Origin: an uncultured Oscillospiraceae bacterium
GTDB lineage: Bacteria > Bacillota > Clostridia > Oscillospirales > Acutalibacteraceae
DNA length: 48,253 nt
Reading direction: 5' to 3'
Assembly (NCBI GenBank): GCA_905211675.1
Contig: CAJMBP010000001.1
Span: 1 to 48,253 of the forward strand
The position numbers and the translations under genes are program-made. Each line of letters starts with the position of its first letter. The stretch's first letter is position 1. The notes below the pieces were generated by a model, which worked only from the letters and a program-made list of their open reading frames with translations, was not told where the DNA came from and made no database searches. This document shows, one piece after another, positions 40,898 to 48,253 of this stretch.

Positions 40898-40930
40898 AAA
40901 AGGCAAAAGCGCCGTGTTAAAACGGCGCCT
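40898..40930 (-). terminator. Rho-independent terminator after the ECF S-component gene
   Basis: On the minus strand: GGCGCCG-TTTTAACA-CGGCGCT, followed by TTTGCCTTTT. Confidence 0.7.
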
Positions 40931-40932
40931 TT

Positions 40933-41463
40933 TTACATTTTCATAAGCTTTTCGTGATAAAGCCTGTATATTCCGCATTTCCAGCATAAAAGCATACCCA
41001 AAACGGCACCTACCGCCGCTTGAAGTATTTGGTAGGGAAGCTTCATTATTGCGTATTCGGGGGTGCTGTATATAAAAGCCCTTCCGAGAGAGTATCCGAC
41101 TACCATTATTACGGCACCGATTGCAACACCGATACCCGAAGCCAAAACGCGATGCTTTTTCATAACATAATTCGCAAAAAGCGAAATTACCACTGCCTGT
41201 AAGCCGTGTGTAACAAGAGAAACAAACATAGGAGCAGGATAAAAGAACAGGTCGCCGAGAAAGGCTCCGATACCGCCTACAATAAAGGCAGCAACAGGGT
41301 CTAAAATAATAGCGGCGGTGCAGATAACAATATCATTCATATACAAATGACCGCCCGGAACGGGAACCCCGAAAGAGCTTAATGCAATATTTATGGCCAT
41401 AAACATAGCCGTTGTGCACAGCCATACCGTAGTTTTTTGCGTTGCTTTGTTTTTGTTTCCCAT
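40933..41463 (-). CDS. ECF transporter S (substrate-capture) component, substrate unknown
   Basis: A 176-aa, about 6-TM protein with FMAINIALSSFGVPVPGGHLYMNDIVI and GGIGAFLGDL blocks typical of ECF S components. ATG 41463 follows AAGGGG; the ORF-track TTG at 41466 lies one codon upstream of it. Confidence 0.78.
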   Translation of the reverse strand: MGNKNKATQKTTVWLCTTAMFMAINIALSSFGVPVPGGHLYMNDIVICTAAIILDPVAAFIVGGIGAFLGDLFFYPAPMFVSLVTHGLQAVVISLFANYVMKKHRVLASGIGVAIGAVIMVVGYSLGRAFIYSTPEYAIMKLPYQILQAAVGAVLGMLLCWKCGIYRLYHEKLMKM

Positions 41464-41529
41464 CAATTTACCCCTTGCTTGATTTATCGGCTTTATTAAG
41501 CATAATACTTAACTGAAATCAACCAGTAT

Positions 41530-41559
41530 ATTATATATGCCGACCGGTTGCTTTGTCAA
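41530..41559 (-). promoter_or_regulatory. SigA-type promoter for the ECF S-component gene
   Basis: On the minus strand: TTGACA (41559-41554), an 18-nt spacer, TATAAT (41535-41530). Confidence 0.5.
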
Positions 41560-41620
41560 TGGGTAAACAGCATTAAAATAATGCATTATCAGATGATTTG
41601 TATATTAAATTTTCATAGTT

Positions 41621-42205
41621 TTAAGAATATGTTTTAATAATCTCTTCGGCAACCTCACGTTTCGATATGCAACGGTCCATCGCCTGCTTTTCTATGTATC
41701 GGTGAGCTCCCGGCTCGTCCATGCTGATTTGACTGATAAGAAGCCACTTCGCTCGGTTTACAATACGTATTTCCTCCATTTTTTCTTCAATTGAAAGGGT
41801 TTTCTTTTCGGCCTTACGCAATCGCTCGCGCGCGCTTGACATCCAACCGAGCGCCGTTATAACGGTGGGCTTTGACATAGGCTTTGACAGCGTGAACACA
41901 CCGTGCTCGGCAACCTTGTCAAATATTTCGGCATGTAATTCGGCACGCACTATCAACAGCACAACCGTACCCTTTGAATTGCAGACATCAATGGCAAACC
42001 GCGTGCCCATATCGTCGGGCAGGGGTGAATTTATAATCACATAATCAAATGCCCGTTCCGCAAAAGCACGCTTTGCGGCGCTTATGCTCGACGCCGTACA
42101 AACAGGATTATAGTTTGATTCGGGGAGTAAATCAAAAAGAGCGGTGTTGAAGTTTTCGGCCGCAGAAACGACAAGAACGCTGTAAACCCGTTCTTTAAGA
42201 CTCAT
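41621..42205 (-). CDS. ANTAR-domain RNA-binding antiterminator with a pseudo-receiver domain (AmiR/NasR/NitR-like)
   Basis: The C-terminal ANTAR domain is IVNRAKWLLISQISMDEPGAHRYIEKQAMDRCISKREVAEEII. The N-terminal REC-like fold lacks the acidic pair (VLVVSAAEN) and the phospho-acceptor (DYVIINSPLPDDMG, with Asn at the Asp position). The RBS is AAAGGAGGGG. Confidence 0.88.
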   Translation of the reverse strand: MSLKERVYSVLVVSAAENFNTALFDLLPESNYNPVCTASSISAAKRAFAERAFDYVIINSPLPDDMGTRFAIDVCNSKGTVVLLIVRAELHAEIFDKVAEHGVFTLSKPMSKPTVITALGWMSSARERLRKAEKKTLSIEEKMEEIRIVNRAKWLLISQISMDEPGAHRYIEKQAMDRCISKREVAEEIIKTYS

Positions 42206-42238
42206 GTTACACCCCTCCTTTTCAAATTTTAAACCGTC

Positions 42239-43450
42239 TTATTTGCCACAGTAAATTTCCGTAATTGCCGACGGCACATACGCTTTAATAAATTCGCTCC
42301 GAGCGGCAATTTTACGGGCTTCATCCAAATTTTGGGGAAGCTTTTGATACTTTGCCAGCGTATCCGAATCGGCTTTATACAAATTGATATCGGCTACGGC
42401 AGGTATTTCAAGCTTGTTCTGCAACCCATAAAGCCCCGCATATATAATAAGCGCAAACGCCAAATACGGATTTGCGGTAGGGTCGGGTGAGCGCAACTCG
42501 GCACGGCGATATTCGCCGACTGCCGCAGGAATACGCACAAGCTGCGAACGGTTTTCGCTCGACCATGATACATAACCGGGTGCTTTATCCGAGCCGAAAC
42601 GTTTGTATGAAGCATCGGTAGGATTAAGAAAAAGGGTCATTTCAACAGCCTTTTCAAGTACCCCCGCAATCATATTGCAAAGGTCTTGTGAGCCTTTTGA
42701 ATTTTTAACCGACATATTTATATGAAATCCGTTACCGGGTTTGTTTTTAAGCGGCTTCGGTGAAAAGTTCGCCCACAAACCGTTGCGACGGGCAACCGTT
42801 TTTACCACCGTCTGAAAGGTAATTGCATTGTCGGCGGCGGTCAGGGCGTCGGAATATCTGAAATCTATCTCGTTTTGTCCGGGGCCCTGCTCGTGATGAG
42901 AGCTTTCGGGGCGTATGCCCATTTGCTCTAATGTAAGACAAATTTCACGCCTTATATTTTCGCCTCGGTCTTCGGGCGCAATGTCCATATATCCCGCTTC
43001 GTCATACGGAATGTCGGTTGGTTTTCCGCTTTCATCCAACTGAAAAAGATAAAATTCCTGCTCGGCGCCGAAGGCGAACGAATATCCCGCTTTTTCGGCG
43101 TCGTCAACCGCTTTTTTAAGCAAATATCTGGTATCGCACTCAAAAGGTCTTCCGTCGGGATAGGTTATGTGCGAAAACATACGCACAACCTTGCCGTGTT
43201 CCGGTCTCCACGGAAGCAGCATAAGCGTTTCGGGCTCGGGATGAAGCAATAAATCACACCTGCTTTCATCACCGAAGCCTGCTATAGCAGACGCGTCAAA
43301 TGCAATACCGTATTCAAAGGCACGGGGCAGTTCCGCAGGCATTATAGATATATTTTTTTGTTTGCCGAATACATCACAAAAAGCAAGACGAATAAACTTT
43401 ACATCCTCCTCGTTGACGTACTGCATTACCTCTTCCTTGGAATACTTCAT
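42239..43450 (-). CDS. glnA: Glutamine synthetase (type I family, short 403-aa form)
   Basis: EQEFYLF, HHEQGPGQNEIDF, GNGFHINMS, SWSSENRSQLVRIP and ELRSPDPTANPYL are GS catalytic blocks. Confidence 0.93.
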   Translation of the reverse strand: MKYSKEEVMQYVNEEDVKFIRLAFCDVFGKQKNISIMPAELPRAFEYGIAFDASAIAGFGDESRCDLLLHPEPETLMLLPWRPEHGKVVRMFSHITYPDGRPFECDTRYLLKKAVDDAEKAGYSFAFGAEQEFYLFQLDESGKPTDIPYDEAGYMDIAPEDRGENIRREICLTLEQMGIRPESSHHEQGPGQNEIDFRYSDALTAADNAITFQTVVKTVARRNGLWANFSPKPLKNKPGNGFHINMSVKNSKGSQDLCNMIAGVLEKAVEMTLFLNPTDASYKRFGSDKAPGYVSWSSENRSQLVRIPAAVGEYRRAELRSPDPTANPYLAFALIIYAGLYGLQNKLEIPAVADINLYKADSDTLAKYQKLPQNLDEARKIAARSEFIKAYVPSAITEIYCGK

Positions 43451-43470
43451 AATGTTTTACCTACTTTCTG

Positions 43471-44190
43471 TCAATTTGCCACATACATCTGCTTGTACGG
43501 ATTTTTACTGTCGGGTGTAACAACGGTAAAGGGCGAAGCCAAAACCTTTTCTGCATCATAACCGAATAATTCGCAGTATCTTGACACATAAGATTCAAGC
43601 TCTTTCATATCGGACTCATCTGCGGGACGGGCTGTAACCTGACCCGGAAACTCGATATCCTTGCAGTCGCTTCTCAAAAACATTTTTCCGCCGTGCATTC
43701 CCGTGCAGGGGAAGAAACCGACAATTTTTCCGTCTTTTGCCTCAAGGCCGAGAACAACAATAACGCCCCCTGCCTGATACTCGCCGAGAAAGCTGCCCGC
43801 CGTACCGCCGATAACCATAACGGGTACCTTTTCTTTATATTCCTTCATATGTATGCCTGCACGGTATCCGGCATTGCCTTTTACAAAAATTTTGCCGCCT
43901 CGCATGGCATAGCCTGCGGCATCTCCGATATTGCCGTGAATAACAATTTCACCCTCGTTCATGGTGTCGCCTACCGCGTCCTGAGCGTTGGCGTTTACGG
44001 TTATTGCGGCGCCGTTGAGATACGCGCCGAGAGCATTGCCCGGAACGCCTTCAACCGTTACGCTCTTATCCGACATTCCGGCGGCAATAAAGCGTTGACC
44101 GCAGCAATTTGTTATTGTGACATCTCCGCCTTGAGCGCGAAGCTTATCGTTTAAAGCCTTGTAATCAAGGTCTTTTGCATCGATTAACAT
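43471..44190 (-). CDS. Glutamate synthase domain-3-like protein (GXGXG motif beta-helix)
   Basis: Repeated G.GN..G turns: VEGVPGNALGAYLNG, IHGNIGDAAGYAMRGGKIFVKGNAGYRAG. The RBS is GGAGGTG. Confidence 0.88.
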   Translation of the reverse strand: MLIDAKDLDYKALNDKLRAQGGDVTITNCCGQRFIAAGMSDKSVTVEGVPGNALGAYLNGAAITVNANAQDAVGDTMNEGEIVIHGNIGDAAGYAMRGGKIFVKGNAGYRAGIHMKEYKEKVPVMVIGGTAGSFLGEYQAGGVIVVLGLEAKDGKIVGFFPCTGMHGGKMFLRSDCKDIEFPGQVTARPADESDMKELESYVSRYCELFGYDAEKVLASPFTVVTPDSKNPYKQMYVAN

Positions 44191-44193
44191 ATA

Positions 44194-45426
44194 TTATACC
44201 ACACCTCCGAACTTTTTTCTACGAATTTTTGAAGAAAACGCAAAAGTTGTAGCACTTTTCTTTAAAATGTCAAAGTCAAGCGAATCAATCGGTGTTTTTT
44301 CGCGTATAACCGATGTGTAAATACCGGCGCGTTCATTGACACCGATAAGTATAAATCCCTTCAAAAGTCCGTCCTTTACAAAAAGCCGTTTTATAGAATT
44401 TTCGTCCTTTTCCTCATACATTTCGCCGTCATAACTTCCGGCGGTCATTGCGTGTAAACCGAAAAAGCCTATCGAGTTCATCGGTATAGCATTATCAAAA
44501 AGCTCGTCACCGCCTGCCATATTTACACCTGCGGTATGCCCCTGCATATATGCGTTAGGCATAATGGCAAGAACCCTTTTTTGACCCAATGAAATATCGT
44601 CGCCCTCGGTGCAGTCGCCTGCGGCGTAAACATCTTTTACAGTGGTTTCCATACGGTCGTTTACAATAATTCCTCTATTCACTTCACCGCCTATTTGCTT
44701 TACCAAAGCGGTGTTTGCCCGCACACCTACCGCAAGCACAAGAACATCGAAATCAACCGTTTTTCCGCTGTTCATAAATGCTGTGTTGCCTTCAAAATAC
44801 GCCGCGCTGTCACCCAACATAAAGCGAATACCGTTTGCCTCTAAATGCTTTTGCATTATTGCGGCACATTCGGCATCAAGAATACTTGAAAGTATATGGT
44901 CGGCAAGGTCGCATACAGTAATGCCGGCAACTCGCGAGTGAAGCCCCTCGGCACATTTAAGACCTATAAGACCGGCACCCACAATCAATACCTTACTGTC
45001 TTTATCTATTGCTTTTTCAAGAGCCAAAGTGTCGTCAAGCGTCATAAAGCTGAACTTCTTTTCAACCGTTTGAAGCCCTTTAAAAGGCGGAATAAAGGGC
45101 GAAGAACCCGTTGCCGCGCAAACAGACGAATACGGCAGCTCGGTGCCGTCGTCAAGAATTACTTTTTTGGTGTCGCAGTCAATTTTTACCGCCTTTTTAC
45201 CGTAAATTACATTGCAATTTGCCTTTTCGTAAAAATCGGCACTGCGGTAGTTCATACGCTCTGTGTCGGTTTTGTTTTCGAGATAGTATGAAATAAGCGG
45301 GCGGCAGTAAACCGGGTGTTTTTCTTCGGACACTACGGTAATTTCAGATTTTTTATCAACACTGCGTATGCCCTCGATAGCGCCCGCCGCGGCAACACCG
45401 TTACCTATAATTACATACTGCTTCAT
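44194..45426 (-). CDS. NAD(P)/FAD-dependent pyridine-nucleotide oxidoreductase (electron-input subunit of the split GOGAT)
   Basis: The FAD Rossmann motif is YVIIGNGVAAAGA. The second dinucleotide fold is VLIVGAGLIGLKCAE. AAGDC is a further family block. There is an ATGA overlap with the upstream ferredoxin gene. Confidence 0.85.
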   Translation of the reverse strand: MKQYVIIGNGVAAAGAIEGIRSVDKKSEITVVSEEKHPVYCRPLISYYLENKTDTERMNYRSADFYEKANCNVIYGKKAVKIDCDTKKVILDDGTELPYSSVCAATGSSPFIPPFKGLQTVEKKFSFMTLDDTLALEKAIDKDSKVLIVGAGLIGLKCAEGLHSRVAGITVCDLADHILSSILDAECAAIMQKHLEANGIRFMLGDSAAYFEGNTAFMNSGKTVDFDVLVLAVGVRANTALVKQIGGEVNRGIIVNDRMETTVKDVYAAGDCTEGDDISLGQKRVLAIMPNAYMQGHTAGVNMAGGDELFDNAIPMNSIGFFGLHAMTAGSYDGEMYEEKDENSIKRLFVKDGLLKGFILIGVNERAGIYTSVIREKTPIDSLDFDILKKSATTFAFSSKIRRKKFGGVV

Positions 45427-45863
45427 TCGTCGTCACCCCGTTCCTCATAAACAATGGCCCTGTTCGGGCATCCCTTAACACAGGCAGGCTCTCCGCAGGT
45501 GTTTTTAAGACAAAGCTCGCATTTTTGCATAACGCCTTCGGCACTCGGAGCAAGCGAGCCGTAAGGGCACACAAGCACACAGGTAAAACAGCCCACGCAT
45601 TTATTTTTATCAATTACTACCACGCCGTCTTTTTGAGAAATCGCGCCCGCAATACAGCTTTTTACACATATAGGGTCGGTGCAGTGACGGCAGGAAACCG
45701 CGTAGGATATTTTATCGTCTCCTTCAATATGAATACGCGGATAAATCGGTTTGCCTTTAAGAGCGGTTGCCATATCCGAAATGCCGGAATTTGCAAAAGC
45801 GCAGTTATATTCGCAAAGATGGCAGCCGAGGCACCATTCTTCATTTACATATACTCTTTTCAT
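45423..45863 (-). CDS. 4Fe-4S dicluster ferredoxin-domain protein
   Basis: There are multiple CxxCxxCxxxC(P) motifs (CLGCHLCEYNC, CRHCTDPICVKSC, CVGCFTCVLVCP, CELC...CVKGCP). Confidence 0.85.
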   Translation of the reverse strand: MKRVYVNEEWCLGCHLCEYNCAFANSGISDMATALKGKPIYPRIHIEGDDKISYAVSCRHCTDPICVKSCIAGAISQKDGVVVIDKNKCVGCFTCVLVCPYGSLAPSAEGVMQKCELCLKNTCGEPACVKGCPNRAIVYEERGDDE

Positions 45864-45869
45864 TTTTCA

Positions 45870-47375
45870 TCACTCTCCCGCGTGAGAAATTCCGAGAATT
45901 TCAAGTTCTTTATCGGTCATACCGATGCCGCGAAGCATAAGACGGTTACCGCGCAAAGCCTCAATAGAGTTTATACCCATTCCGCCCATAAGCTCCTTGA
46001 TTTCATGCTGCCAAGCGTGCATAAGGTTGACAAGGCGTTCACTGCCGACATCGGGATTAAGGCGTTTTACAAGCTCAGGGCGCTGGGTTGCAATTCCCCA
46101 GTTACATTTGCCGGTCTGACAGGTTCGGCAAAGGTGACAGCCGAGCGCCAGCAAGGCCGCAGTCGCCACATAGCAAGCGTCGGCGCCCAAAGCTATAGCC
46201 TTTACAACATCCGAGGCGCTTCTGATACTGCCGCCTACAACCAACGAAACATTATTGCGTATGCCCTCGTCACGCAGGCGTTGGTCAACCGCCGCCAAGG
46301 CAAGCTCAATCGGAATTCCTACATTGTCGCGTATGCGGGTAGGCGCCGCGCCCGTACCGCCGCGAAAGCCGTCGATTGCAATAATGTCGGCGCCGCTTCT
46401 TGCAATGCCGCTTGCTATTGCCGCAATATTATGCACGGCGGCAACCTTTACAATGACAGGTTTTTGGTAATTTGTTGCCTCTTTAAGTGAGAAGACAAGT
46501 TGACGCAGGTCTTCAATAGAATAAATGTCGTGATGAGGAGCCGGCGAAATGGCGTCGGAGCCCTCGGGAATCATACGCGTGCGTGAAACATCACCCACTA
46601 TTTTGGCACCGGGCAGATGACCGCCGATACCCGGCTTTGCGCCCTGACCCATTTTAATTTCAATAGCGGCGCCTGCGCTTAAATAATCTTCGTGAACACC
46701 GAAACGCCCGCTTGCAACCTGAACGACGGTGTTAGCGCCGTAACGGTAAAAATCTTCATGCAGTCCGCCCTCGCCCGTGTTATAAAGAATACCGAGCTCA
46801 CATGCCGCGCGGGCAAGCGAAGCGTGGGCGTTATAGCTTATCGAGCCGTAGCTCATTGCAGAGAACATAACGGGCATCGAAAGTTCTATCTGAGGGGGTA
46901 ACTCACAGTTAATTTTTCCGTTTGCGTCACGCTCAATTTTGCTCGGCTTTTTACCCAAAAATACCCGAGTTTCCATAGGCTCGCGCAACGGGTCAATAGG
47001 CGGATTTGTAACCTGAGAAGCGTTTATTAGTATCTTGTCCCAATATACAGGGAGCGGCTTGGGGTTACCCATCGATGAAAGCAAAACGCCGCCGCTGCTC
47101 GCCTGCTTGTATATCTCTTTGATAGTGTCGCTTTGCCAGTTCGCGTTTTCGCGGAACGTACAGTCGTTCTTGACGATCTTCAGCGCATGTGTGGGGCAAA
47201 GCGATACACAGCGCTGGCAATCGACGCATTTCGACTCATCGCTGAGCATGACCTTACCGTCAGCGTCGTAGCTGTGTACGCCGTTGGCGCACTGCCGTTC
47301 ACAGACGCGACAGGCTATACAGCGATCGTGATTACGCACGATCTCAAATTCGGGAACTATATAATTGACCGACAT
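45870..47375 (-). CDS. gltB: Glutamate synthase FMN/2-oxoglutarate domain (GltB domain 2) with an N-terminal 2x[4Fe-4S] ferredoxin module
   Basis: The N-terminus has CIACRVCERQCA and CVDCQRCVSLCP. The core has MSYGSIS, IKMGQGAKPGIGGHLPG, SPAPHHDIYSIEDL and IDGFRGGTGAAP. The Cys-rich LGCHLCRTCQTGKC block follows. Confidence 0.92.
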   Translation of the reverse strand: MSVNYIVPEFEIVRNHDRCIACRVCERQCANGVHSYDADGKVMLSDESKCVDCQRCVSLCPTHALKIVKNDCTFRENANWQSDTIKEIYKQASSGGVLLSSMGNPKPLPVYWDKILINASQVTNPPIDPLREPMETRVFLGKKPSKIERDANGKINCELPPQIELSMPVMFSAMSYGSISYNAHASLARAACELGILYNTGEGGLHEDFYRYGANTVVQVASGRFGVHEDYLSAGAAIEIKMGQGAKPGIGGHLPGAKIVGDVSRTRMIPEGSDAISPAPHHDIYSIEDLRQLVFSLKEATNYQKPVIVKVAAVHNIAAIASGIARSGADIIAIDGFRGGTGAAPTRIRDNVGIPIELALAAVDQRLRDEGIRNNVSLVVGGSIRSASDVVKAIALGADACYVATAALLALGCHLCRTCQTGKCNWGIATQRPELVKRLNPDVGSERLVNLMHAWQHEIKELMGGMGINSIEALRGNRLMLRGIGMTDKELEILGISHAGE

Positions 47376-48253
47376 CAGTACGCACCTTCCTTTACTTTTA
47401 CGATAACAGGCTCTCCGCCTGCGGGAGCATAAACGTTTTCGGCGTCGGGCTCCATGACACGGATAGCCGCTTCCTCGCTTGCGATGAACACCTTTTCACC
47501 CTTTTCGGCAACGACCATTGAACGGAGCTTCAGGCGGTCATTGAGCGCCATCATCCCGCCGTCGAAGGACAGCAGGATGGAGAACGGCCCGGTGATCAGC
47601 AGCGGGGCGAAGGTGTCCCGCAGGTAGGTGAGCGTCTCCCGCTTTTCCGGGGACTGCCGCCCGATGGTGTCCCAGAACGGCGCCGCGACCACGCCCGCCG
47701 CCTCTTCGAGGGTGAGCCCCTGCTTGCGCATGAGGTAGTCGAAAATATAGGTGATCACCTCGGTATCGGTCTGCAGCGTGCACCTGTAGCCGAACATTTC
47801 CACCCAGCGCCGGTTGGCGTCATAGGAGGAAATCTCGCCGTTGTGCCCCACGGCGCCATCCAGCAGGGCAAACGGATGCGCGCCGCCCCACCATCCCGGC
47901 GTGTTGGTCGGATACCGCCCGTGCGCCGTCCAGCAGTAGCCCGCGTATTCGTCGAGCTTGTAAAACGCACCGACATCCTCCGGATAGCCCACCGCCTTGA
48001 ACACGCCCATGTTTTTGCCGCTCGAAAACACATAGGCGCCGTCGATCTTCGTATTGACGGTGATCACGCACCGCGCCACGAACTCGCGCTCATCCAGCTG
48101 GCTGTCGACCAGCTTTGTATGAAGGGGCTGAACAAAATAGCGCCAGATCAGCGGCGCATCCGTAATGGCCGGGGTTTTTCGCACGGGGATCTTAGAAAGG
48201 TTGATGATCTCAAAATGCCTTTCTAAAAACGCCTCGCATGTTTTTTTCGCTTC
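47375..48253 (-). CDS. Glutamate synthase class-II glutamine amidotransferase domain (GltB domain 1), 5' partial: runs off the window
   Basis: AHGRYPTNTPGWWGGAHPF...VGHNGEISSY is the Ntn-GATase block. The reading frame stays open upstream of the ORF-track GTG at 48184 through to nt 48253 (...EAKKTCEAFLERHFEIINLSKIPVRKTPA...). The expected N-terminal Met-Cys is absent, so the true start lies beyond the window. The stop overlaps the next start by 1 nt. Confidence 0.85.
   Translation of the reverse strand, partial: EAKKTCEAFLERHFEIINLSKIPVRKTPAITDAPLIWRYFVQPLHTKLVDSQLDEREFVARCVITVNTKIDGAYVFSSGKNMGVFKAVGYPEDVGAFYKLDEYAGYCWTAHGRYPTNTPGWWGGAHPFALLDGAVGHNGEISSYDANRRWVEMFGYRCTLQTDTEVITYIFDYLMRKQGLTLEEAAGVVAAPFWDTIGRQSPEKRETLTYLRDTFAPLLITGPFSILLSFDGGMMALNDRLKLRSMVVAEKGEKVFIASEEAAIRVMEPDAENVYAPAGGEPVIVKVKEGAY

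Noticed and set aside
40884-40900. A TnrA/GlnR-like site: TGTCA-ACAAACA-TTAAA, resembling TGTNA-N7-TNACA.
   Set aside because: The second half-site lacks the conserved C. The match overlaps an AT-rich terminator tail. A single degenerate 17-mer is expected by chance in AT-rich intergenic DNA.
47538-48226. Four overlapping 81-127-aa ORFs rich in R/G/A/P in alternative frames of the amidotransferase gene.
   Set aside because: Stop codons are rare in GC-rich DNA, so these are a by-product of the GC3-rich tract rather than genes. The conserved HGRYPTNT...HNGEI frame is the real one.

Overview
This 48.3-kb window is a chromosomal segment from a Clostridia-like Firmicute, judged from the protein signatures, AGGAGG-type ribosome-binding sites and TTGACA-17-TATAAT promoters. 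No rRNA, tRNA, CRISPR array, transposase or integrase was recognised. Layout: (i) 1-3.7 kb is an accessory edge. It holds two secreted proteins with TasA/camelysin (SipW-cognate) AWFT(D/S) signal peptides, one carrying two GLUG-type beta-helix modules, followed by decayed remnants of an FtsX-type permease gene and a histidine-kinase gene. (ii) 3.7-12.3 kb holds an SGNH hydrolase, a TetR plus methyltransferase pair, and a divergent TetR-led 7-gene operon with three GNAT domains and two ABC-2 exporters. (iii) 12.4-25.4 kb is carbohydrate and transport: DUF218-malQ, malic enzyme, GH38 alpha-mannosidase, GH130 phosphorylase, two AraC regulators and a COG2984-type ABC importer. (iv) 25.5-40.8 kb is one long minus-strand operon: purC-purA-purB-guaA-pyrG-purF-carA-carB-dapL-(frameshifted nitrilase-like gene)-nadE. 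(v) 40.9-48.3 kb holds an orphan ECF S-component, an ANTAR regulator with a pseudo-receiver, glnA and a five-gene split (Thermotoga/archaeal-type) glutamate synthase whose first gene runs off the window. Points worth a second look: the GS-GOGAT plus operon block looks organised by nitrogen-donor chemistry (glutamine amide or aspartate/glutamate amino transfer) rather than by pathway. The operon leader has a consensus promoter followed at once by a terminator-like hairpin, with no riboswitch I recognise. The glutaminase partner of nadE is frameshifted. A roughly 1-kb tract of GC3-rich codons lies in the GOGAT genes. Several ORF-track starts are over-extended TTG/GTG codons, and I re-placed them at ATG/GTG codons with good RBS spacing. 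All calls come from reading motifs by eye; no database search was run.
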